Source: an uncultured Bacteriovoracaceae bacterium (lineage in GTDB: Bacteria; Bdellovibrionota; Bacteriovoracia; Bacteriovoracales; Bacteriovoracaceae). From it: 64,000 bases of DNA. Numbering within the stretch: position 1 is the first letter of the stretch; each line of letters begins with the position of its first letter. Location of the stretch: positions 1-64,000 of the forward strand of contig CAXGUD010000015.1 in assembly GCA_964012805.1 (NCBI GenBank), read 5' to 3'. The translations under genes were made by a program, and so were the position numbers. The notes beneath the pieces were generated by a model. The model did not search any database. It saw nothing but the letters and a program-made list of their open reading frames with translations, and had not been told where the DNA came from. This document shows positions 58,401-64,000 of the stretch, in pieces.

Positions 58401-59397
58401 AAAGCTTATGGAAATATGCCTTCAATGTGGACCTAAAGGGGTTTTAAAAGCGTTTATACCACAAAGGCCATTTCATCATTTATTGCCCGACATTCTCAAT
58501 GAACTTGAGGATGATTTTAATGCAGAAAGAATTTACAGAATAATTAAAAAAGAAGATGGAAAAGAATCATATTTTTTTACCTACCTTAGTAATTTTGTTA
58601 ATAAAAAAAGTGATTACTATCTAAGACTTATAGAAACTTTAACTCTTTTAAGGTCTTTTACAGAATTTGATGATGAATCGAAAGAAGTCATTATGCCCCA
58701 GGTGGTTGAGGTTCTTTTAGATAATTTTAACCAATTCAAAAAAACAATAGAAGAAATTGAAGAAGACAAAAAAGTTAAAGACCTAAAAAGGTTCCACTAT
58801 CAATTTGATCGTCTTCTAGATATGCCAGTTAAGTATTCATTCGTACGTTTTAAAAGTGTTGTAAAGGAGCTCTCACGAGACCTTGGAAAAAAAGTTAAAT
58901 TTATTATATCTGGTGATCAAGGTTCTCTTAATAGAGATAAACTAAATTTACTTTTGGACTCCATGATTCACTTAATAAGGAACTCATTAGATCATGGAAT
59001 AGAGACACCAAAAAGCAGAGTCTTATTTGGTAAAGAAGAGTTTGGTACCCTTGAAATAGAATGCCTAGAAAAAAAGGATCAATCCCTTAGAATTTCCATA
59101 AGAGACGATGGTAAAGGTGTTAATCCTGATGCAATTGTCGAAAAAGGAATAAAAGAAGGGTTAATAACAAAACAACAAGCTAAAAAGATGAATGATCAGG
59201 AAAAGGTTTCTCTTATCTTTTTACCAAACTTTAGTACAAAAAGTGTCACGACTGAGGTCTCAGGAAGAGGTGTTGGCATGGATGTAGTCAAAAAGAACCT
59301 TGAAACCATTGGGGCAGAATTGACCCTCAACAATACCCCCGGTAAAGGCACAGAGTTTATTATAGAATTAAATAATAACAACAAGCTTGTCTCCTAA
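55414..59397 (+). CDS. Membrane-bound CheA-type kinase lacking CheW with two Hpt motifs (7TM-DISM sensor-PAS-like)
   Basis: Signal peptide from ATG 55414; LNGQWNFYW, VPGLW, GYGSY, SNYHYRTGG and about 7 TM segments; FRNLHTIKGNSR, LNLHTIKGVSR, HLIRNSLDHGIE and VSGRGVGMD. Confidence 0.9.
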   Translation: MKLLFTLTILFFSLSCPGFSPPKAIKGIIDLSSIDLKKEKQIPLNGQWNFYWKKIIKPEEVLNKKLPLRSKLIEVPGLWTSLTKSQKDSKKFQTGYGSYLLYVKGLNYKSKLGFTLKYFATAYSSYIITKSEIIPLFRIGKVGKSEEESIPTTATRIAELNIKESEFYILIQSSNYHYRTGGFFNPFLIGTSKSINEKVISNFLKSFFLMGVILIMSLYHFGLYSLRRKDLGSFWFGVLCFVLFLREGTTETFLMQFVDQSSFLFHLNSKLEYSTMFLGSAVFLTFLNEILKDYFSKKIILFYWISGVIYTLIMLFTSPAIYTKTIFLTSSQFISFTCILYAIINIFRAALKKAEYSRILALAIGFLVFGATYDILVTKDIFPPPFIMPYTFIVFIFIQSYILATKFSHAYNTAEALSKDLEKEVVFRTKEAVSAKELAQLSEKNISNLLNNMRQSVFTINNERKVMTPVSRFTYDIFETNIEGKGVFDHIYASIDESSELYSTIDNVFNMVFLSDEFQWDLSEDYLPRRVIFRNHNDDDKTEKILKVAYTPLWNDKESLERIMFIVEDITEIEKLEKEMNEQKSAATKNIQMLQEMASSNKDDLSMFFSNALKLTADSIESTKTYRENIPLKVDFPELEKLFRNLHTIKGNSRIFGLSLISSFVHNLESDVHEFKELKNINKKPDINSIDDFIQNLYSLQGQVNDYMRVGQEVFDLNFSEDKKFKHELQQYLIELEFLFQDSIDRPLEQMENPQFKDKIIELKKIKSFPDDIHLLKLNLHTIKGVSRSIGERDISDYIHSIENGVQMLIQSDKMSKDKFNEIFKIPLFKVYNLGKSLYFKTNMHKDKHQITHDGWVKIFLETYTFSNNLALHYFQNKLDDHDLKISLEAISITSREYGLDLINRIVKKAFHALDRNESIEDVIFPYCIEMWSYLSLISLFDFEKNGDLKSASKVFDHFHENDFNLDESGNIGKTIFTSFLRTIFSEKLATKEEFLKLMEICLQCGPKGVLKAFIPQRPFHHLLPDILNELEDDFNAERIYRIIKKEDGKESYFFTYLSNFVNKKSDYYLRLIETLTLLRSFTEFDDESKEVIMPQVVEVLLDNFNQFKKTIEEIEEDKKVKDLKRFHYQFDRLLDMPVKYSFVRFKSVVKELSRDLGKKVKFIISGDQGSLNRDKLNLLLDSMIHLIRNSLDHGIETPKSRVLFGKEEFGTLEIECLEKKDQSLRISIRDDGKGVNPDAIVEKGIKEGLITKQQAKKMNDQEKVSLIFLPNFSTKSVTTEVSGRGVGMDVVKKNLETIGAELTLNNTPGKGTEFIIELNNNNKLVS

Positions 59398-59499
59398 TTT
59401 TAATGTTCAATAGCTCCAAATTAAACTATGCATAATGACAAGACCTCTTCTTTTCATTAGCTTGCCCCTTCAAATTGCAAAGAAACGAATTAAAATATA

Positions 59500-60624
59500 A
59501 TGAAAATTTGGCTTTTAGACCCCTATTTTACAGGATCTCACAAGAAGTGGGCCCTTGAATACCAAAAATACTCTTCCCATGAAGTAACACTTTTAACTTT
59601 AAAAGGTCGGCATTGGAAATGGCGTATGCATGGGGGCTCTATCAGTCTCGCAAAAATGGCGCTTGATAAAAAAGAAAAGCCTGATCTTTTTCTGGCGACT
59701 TCTATGATGGATATAACAACATTCTTGGCCCTAACAAGAAATACTTTTAAAAATGTGAAAGTGGCACTCTACTTTCATGAAAATCAATGGAGTTACCCAC
59801 TCTCCCCCAACGATAATGATCCCAAATACCAAAGAGATCATCACTATGGTTTCATTCAGTATGCTTCTGCTTTAAGTGCCGATGCTCTATTTTTTAACTC
59901 CTCATTTAATCTAGAAAAGTTTATAGAAGGCTCTTCAAAATTTCTCAAAAGTATGAGGGACTTTCGTGAATTAGATACAATTTCCACCATCAGAAAAAAA
60001 TCATTCGTTCTTCCTCTAGGCCTAGACCTTAAAAAGTTTGATTCATTTCAAGATTTTTCTAAGCCTAGCGAACATAAAAAAAAATCTGCTCCATTAATTC
60101 TTTGGAACCATAGATGGGAACATGACAAAAACCCTGAGTTTTTTTTTAATACGCTCTTTAAACTTGATAAGGATAAAATAGATTTCAACCTGGCCCTTTT
60201 GGGGGAAAACAGAGGTGGCAAAGTACCACACGTTTTTAAGAAGGCCAAAGATTATTTTGGTGATAGAGTTCTTGTTTGTGGGCATCAAGAACGTTTCGAA
60301 GATTATGCCTCTTGGCTTTGGAAATCAGACATTTCATACATAACCTCTAACCACGACTTCTTCGGTGTAAGTGCGGTAGAGGCCCTATATTGTCATTGCT
60401 TTCCAATATATCCAAAAAGACTCGCCTACCCAGAACACTTTGGAGATGAATTTCAACACCACCTATATTCGGATGATAAAGAAGGTCAACAAGCTTTAAA
60501 AAAAGCCCTTTTAGAATTTCCTTTTTATGAAAAGATACCCTCAAATAAAGCGAAGGAGTATGACTGGAGCAAGATGGCCCTAATCTATGATAATAAATTT
60601 TCTAATTTAAATAGTAGTTGCTAA
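59500..60624 (+). CDS. DUF3524/GTDC1 (QTMAN)-like GT-B glycosyltransferase
   Basis: PYFTGSHKKW, HWKWRM, YFHENQ..YP, FNSSFN, WNHRWEHDKNPE, HDFFGVSAVEA and RLAYPE. Confidence 0.88.
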   Translation: MKIWLLDPYFTGSHKKWALEYQKYSSHEVTLLTLKGRHWKWRMHGGSISLAKMALDKKEKPDLFLATSMMDITTFLALTRNTFKNVKVALYFHENQWSYPLSPNDNDPKYQRDHHYGFIQYASALSADALFFNSSFNLEKFIEGSSKFLKSMRDFRELDTISTIRKKSFVLPLGLDLKKFDSFQDFSKPSEHKKKSAPLILWNHRWEHDKNPEFFFNTLFKLDKDKIDFNLALLGENRGGKVPHVFKKAKDYFGDRVLVCGHQERFEDYASWLWKSDISYITSNHDFFGVSAVEALYCHCFPIYPKRLAYPEHFGDEFQHHLYSDDKEGQQALKKALLEFPFYEKIPSNKAKEYDWSKMALIYDNKFSNLNSSC

Positions 60625-60628
60625 TTTA

Positions 60629-60802
60629 TCAATGCTCAACAAGAACGCTAGGGTCTCCACCACGTTCAACTTGGCAATAATCCCAATAAAGAGATACTCT
60701 TTTGCAGTTTTTTAATTTAACAACTCTAGTTTCAAGCTGATAAATCGCACAACCTGAAAACATTGAGAGTCCTAAAAACAGAAGCAATAGATTTTTAATC
60801 AT
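60629..60802 (-). CDS. Small lipoprotein (57 aa), not in the ORF track
   Basis: Hand translation MIKNLLLLFLGLSMFSG-CAIYQLETRVVKLKNCKRVSLYWDYCQVERGGDPSVLVEH; GAGGA RBS; lipobox FSG-C. Confidence 0.8.
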   Translation of the reverse strand: MIKNLLLLFLGLSMFSGCAIYQLETRVVKLKNCKRVSLYWDYCQVERGGDPSVLVEH

Positions 60803-60817
60803 TCTTCAAGTCCTCAA

Positions 60818-60988
60818 TTACCAGCAGAATTTATCAAAACACTTACGTGGACCATAGTGGTTGTAACACTTCTTTGAAAATAGACTACCCTCACAAATAG
60901 TGCCATTTCCTGGAAAGGTATAACGGCTTGTACTTCCGCAAGAACTAAGAAGAAGTGATAATCCTACAATTGCTAAAAATTTTTTCAT
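60818..60988 (-). CDS. Small Cys-rich lipoprotein (56 aa), not in the ORF track
   Basis: Hand translation MKKFLAIVGLSLLLSS-CGSTSRYTFPGNGTICEGSLFSKKCYNHYGPRKCFDKFCW; AAGGA RBS; lipobox LSS-C. Confidence 0.82.
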   Translation of the reverse strand: MKKFLAIVGLSLLLSSCGSTSRYTFPGNGTICEGSLFSKKCYNHYGPRKCFDKFCW

Positions 60989-61030
60989 GCTCTTTTCCTT
61001 CCTTTTAAGATTTACCTTATTATTTAAAAA

Positions 61031-61183
61031 TTAATTTAAATGAAGGCAGTCCGTTGCAGGAACCATAAAGTGGTAACGGTAACAAACAGCATCCGATCGC
61101 GATTTATCGTAAAAACGATTTTGTTTCGAGCTACATGAACTCACCATTAGAGTTATCAAAAGTGTTGCTAGAAGGGTTTTCAT
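61031..61183 (-). CDS. Small lipoprotein (50 aa)
   Basis: MKTLLATLLITLMVSS-CSSKQNRFYDKSRSDAVCYRYHFMVPATDCLHLN; AAGGA RBS before ATG 61183 (the track over-extends to 61252). Confidence 0.8.
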   Translation of the reverse strand: MKTLLATLLITLMVSSCSSKQNRFYDKSRSDAVCYRYHFMVPATDCLHLN

Positions 61184-61282
61184 AATGAAGTCCTTTAATG
61201 TTAAATTGAGCTTAAGTCTAACTAGCACAAACTTTAGCTGCTCTACAGGCAATCAGTTGCACCGTGTAATTTTTAAACCCTT

Positions 61283-61365
61283 TTAACCTAAGGAGCAGGA
61301 GGCTTTGCTTTATATGGGCCCTAATGAAACGAATTGAATCATTAAGTGGAGGGCTTTCAGGTTAA
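61283..61365. other. Candidate structured RNA (three-way junction) in a divergent intergenic region
   Basis: Minus strand: closing stem ttaacctga/ttaggttaa enclosing gccc..taatga/tcatta.gggc and agca/tgct hairpins; family not recognised. Confidence 0.3.
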
Positions 61366-61525
61366 TTTTTCAGACTTTTTTTTCAGAAAAAGGCGAAGTT
61401 TCGACTACTTAGGATATTTTTTCTATTTTTAAACAGACAATAGTTAGACAACTAAAACATTTTTTTTTATGTAAGGTCATCCTGATGTAATAAATAACCT
61501 CATTTCAAAGCCCAAAGGAGGTAAA

Positions 61526-62074
61526 ATGCTAAAATCATTAAAAAGACTCTCTGCGAGCATCTTTTTTCTCTCTCTCACTGTTTCACCAAGTCTTGAGGCT
61601 TCAAGCGGCCGCCAGATCTTAAGACCTGTTGATAATGTCCAAATCGAAAGGTTTATGGGGCAATGGTATGTCATTTCTCATATTCCAACATTTATTGAGA
61701 GGAAGTCTTATAATGCCGTTGAGACGTATAGTATGAACGAAGATGGCCAAATTGATGTTACTTTTACCTATAGAAAGGGTTCTTTTGATGGCCCAAAAAG
61801 AAAATTAATGCCAAAAGCCTTTCTAAAAAAAGGTGGAAAAGCCTCAGAATGGGATATTCAATTACTTTGGCCTTTTTGGAGTGACTACCAAATCATTGAC
61901 CTTGATGTTGACTACCAGTGGACTATCATTGGTGTTCCAAGTAAGAGGTATGCCTGGATTATGGCCAGAAAGCCTTTTATGGACAGAGACCTACATAGAA
62001 AACTTGTCATAAAACTTAAGGATTCTGGGTATAACATTAGAAAGTTGAGAATAGTCCCACACAAGTGGGACTAA
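61526..62074 (+). CDS. blc: Bacterial lipocalin (Blc-like, no lipobox Cys)
   Basis: RFMGQWYVI (GxW), DVDYQWTIIG and WIMARKP; AAGGAGG RBS. Confidence 0.85.
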   Translation: MLKSLKRLSASIFFLSLTVSPSLEASSGRQILRPVDNVQIERFMGQWYVISHIPTFIERKSYNAVETYSMNEDGQIDVTFTYRKGSFDGPKRKLMPKAFLKKGGKASEWDIQLLWPFWSDYQIIDLDVDYQWTIIGVPSKRYAWIMARKPFMDRDLHRKLVIKLKDSGYNIRKLRIVPHKWD

Positions 62075-63027
62075 TGAATAAGCTGATTAGCTGAAGACCC
62101 TGGCTTGAGCTCTTTAAAAATCATTGCCACAGCATTATGGCTGTGGAGTGATTCAAAGTGCTCAACCTTAGCTTCCCAATAAAGAATATCTTCAACACTA
62201 TCTAAAATTGCTGAAAGTCTTCGAGAAGCGTGCTCAACAAACATTGGGTTTTCCCCATTTAAAATTGCAAACGCTTGTTCATCTAGCCGCTTCACCATGC
62301 TTTGGGTTTCTGTTGGAAGGGCTACTTTCAGAAGATCAATAACTTTTTCAATAGTAATATCACTCTCATAGTCATAATGAACGGAAACGCTGGCTTTTGA
62401 CCTTTGACTGTGGGCCGTTGCGATCCCATTGCCTTCCTTTGTCTTCCCAAGGCGGTAATCTTCTTCATACTGCTTCGCCATCGAAAGGCTGCAAGGACAT
62501 GTTGAAGAATATTCATAGCCAACTTTCAAAACCATAGAGATTTTTCCCAATGAATCTTCTTCGGCTTTAATTGTCACGGGATAGTACTGCCAGCCCCATA
62601 AATCACTTTTTAGAGACTTTTGCTTCATGGGAAAATCAAAACTAATCTCTAGGTTTGCTTTACTGATAAGGTCTTCGTGAGGCTCATCTCGCAAATCTTT
62701 CCTAAACCTTGAAAGGGTGTTTTTGAAAAACGTTTTATCCATGGGCCCTTTCATGGCCTCTTCCTGAAGGATCGAGCAGAAACGGCTCATATTCACACCA
62801 TTTTTACCAGGTGCGAGCTCAACAAACATTGATGCTTCCGCATTGTGACCCACCAAGCCGTTTTCACCTTTGGACTGTATTGGTAAACGAAACCTCTCAA
62901 TTCCTACATAAGGTATCCTAACAGCATTTTTAGCAGGCAATTTTTGGAAGTCGTTTAGCCCACTTTCATCTTTGACAGAGCACCCTAAAATATCTTTCGC
63001 CTTTGTTGTAAGGTTATCAGGAAGCAT
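62071..63027 (-). CDS. folE2: GTP cyclohydrolase IB
   Basis: GVNMSRF, STCPCS, AHSQRS, VKRLDE, NPMFVE and HFESLHSHNA. Confidence 0.93.
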   Translation of the reverse strand: MLPDNLTTKAKDILGCSVKDESGLNDFQKLPAKNAVRIPYVGIERFRLPIQSKGENGLVGHNAEASMFVELAPGKNGVNMSRFCSILQEEAMKGPMDKTFFKNTLSRFRKDLRDEPHEDLISKANLEISFDFPMKQKSLKSDLWGWQYYPVTIKAEEDSLGKISMVLKVGYEYSSTCPCSLSMAKQYEEDYRLGKTKEGNGIATAHSQRSKASVSVHYDYESDITIEKVIDLLKVALPTETQSMVKRLDEQAFAILNGENPMFVEHASRRLSAILDSVEDILYWEAKVEHFESLHSHNAVAMIFKELKPGSSANQLIH

Positions 63028-63242
63028 TTCTTTTCACCCCATATAATAAAATCAATAAATATTAAAAAATGTAAAGATGAGGTTTTACCTTAAGAAAACC
63101 ATAACGACAAAGTTTTCAATAAAATTATCTGATTTAAGGGACTTAAAAAATGTGATTATAGCTTAGACAATAGAGAAATCAGGTATTTGAGCTTGTTTTG
63201 TCTTTAGAATTTAGGAGCCTAAACAATGTTAGGGTTAAAGGA

Positions 63243-63644
63243 TTAAATGGCCACTTTCTCTAACTCCCACGTACAATGATCATCCACGACGCTCTTCCAC
63301 ACAGATTCAATGTCAACTCCAAAGCATTCTTTTAGTCTTGAAACAGTCCAATCCTCAGTCTCCACGCTCTCAACATTCTCAACTTCTATTCGAGAAAACG
63401 GGCTATCAATTGTTAAATAGAACTCATTCTTTTTATCTTTAAAATCTAAAATCCTCATCCACTGATTTCCACTTCTTTCAATAAAACGATTTGTTCTAAT
63501 TTTTAAATAAAGCCTATTGTATCTAGAGTCTTTCATCTCTTCTAAAAGCAAATTAATATAAACAACGACATTATCTCCAAGTTTATTGGAAAAAACCGCT
63601 TGCAACTCTCCCTCAATCTCTTGATTTGTCATTGACCTTTTCAC
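63243..63644 (-). CDS. Hypothetical protein (about 133 aa)
   Basis: GTG at 63644 preceded by an AGAGGAG RBS; no motif recognised. Confidence 0.6.
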   Translation of the reverse strand: MKRSMTNQEIEGELQAVFSNKLGDNVVVYINLLLEEMKDSRYNRLYLKIRTNRFIERSGNQWMRILDFKDKKNEFYLTIDSPFSRIEVENVESVETEDWTVSRLKECFGVDIESVWKSVVDDHCTWELEKVAI

Positions 63645-64000
63645 GTGTGCTCCTCTTCTTGACTGCAAGAACCCAAGTCTGAAAAAATACTGCCTTTAAA
63701 ACAGCTACTTACCTAAATCTTAAGTGATAAAGACTTAAAATCAGTGTCTTTTTCCAAATTACGGTCTCAGCAAAGTTCCTCTATTCGATATTTCAATATT
63801 TTAAGAAGAAAACCTTAAGGTAGAAATGGTAAAATTGCTTGAGTATGAGTAATTCTTAATAGTCCAAGGACCTCATCCAAATAAATTTCATTTTGAAAGA
63901 AGCGGAGTTAATGTTGAGAAAAATTATTCAAAGAGAACCTTTTTTTATAGTATTCCTTCATTCTCTTTAAATGAACCGAATAAAAAATTCCATTCATCAA

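Noticed and set aside
17580..59397. Calling the four large kinases cheA, or a chemotaxis operon
   Set aside because: All end right after the ATPase domain with no CheW domain and have TM sensors; no MCP, cheW, cheR or cheB is present in the window.
61230..61365. c-di-GMP-I, glycine or cobalamin riboswitch
   Set aside because: Only fragments match (GCAAAGCC, CTTTCAGG, GCAACTG) and the other conserved cores are missing; kept only as an unassigned structure.
213..62522. Short ORF-track entries overlapping long genes (e.g. 213..491, 13950..14318, 30505..30819, 41357..41623, 41650..41991, 54907..55122)
   Set aside because: Antisense or alternate-frame shadows of well-supported CDS, with no RBS or motifs noted.
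63700..64000. Possible pseudogene on the minus strand (frame interrupted by several stops)
   Set aside because: No recognisable homology, truncated by the window edge, and compatible with AT-rich intergenic DNA.
1..64000. Prophage, IS element, integron, tRNA or rRNA
   Set aside because: No integrase, transposase or phage structural genes, no attC-like arrays and no tRNA/rRNA-like sequence were seen by eye; a tRNAscan/Rfam run would confirm.

Overview
AT-rich bacterial chromosomal window. The gene content points to a Bdellovibrionota predator, probably Bacteriovoracia/Halobacteriovorax-like (inference from a TIGR02147 protein, CheW-less CheA-type kinases, transglutaminase-elicitor homologues and many secreted orphans). 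About 50 CDS are supported. I saw no rRNA, tRNA, CRISPR array, integrase or transposase. Recognisable genes: hutG, phhB, betA, ptrB, rarA, folE2, a lipocalin, a class III adenylate cyclase, an acyl-CoA synthetase and several transporters. Main points of interest: (1) four membrane-bound CheA-like kinases lacking CheW domains. They form a 2x2 matrix of sensor type by kinase core, two of them carry a duplicated Hpt, and they sit with two CheY-like receivers, a His-less pseudokinase and an orphan binding protein. Their transcription units carry sigma28-like promoters. (2) An array of three tiny Cys-paired lipoproteins, two of them missed by the ORF track, behind a structured leader. (3) A convergent pair of GP42/Pep-13-type transglutaminases. 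(4) A eukaryote-like sphingolipid desaturase and a QTMAN/GTDC1-like glycosyltransferase near folE2. (5) An apparently dead malate-synthase relic opposite a RamB-type regulator. (6) A probable ATT-initiated gene and a possibly knotted repeat protein. All family calls come from motif recognition by eye; no database searches were run.
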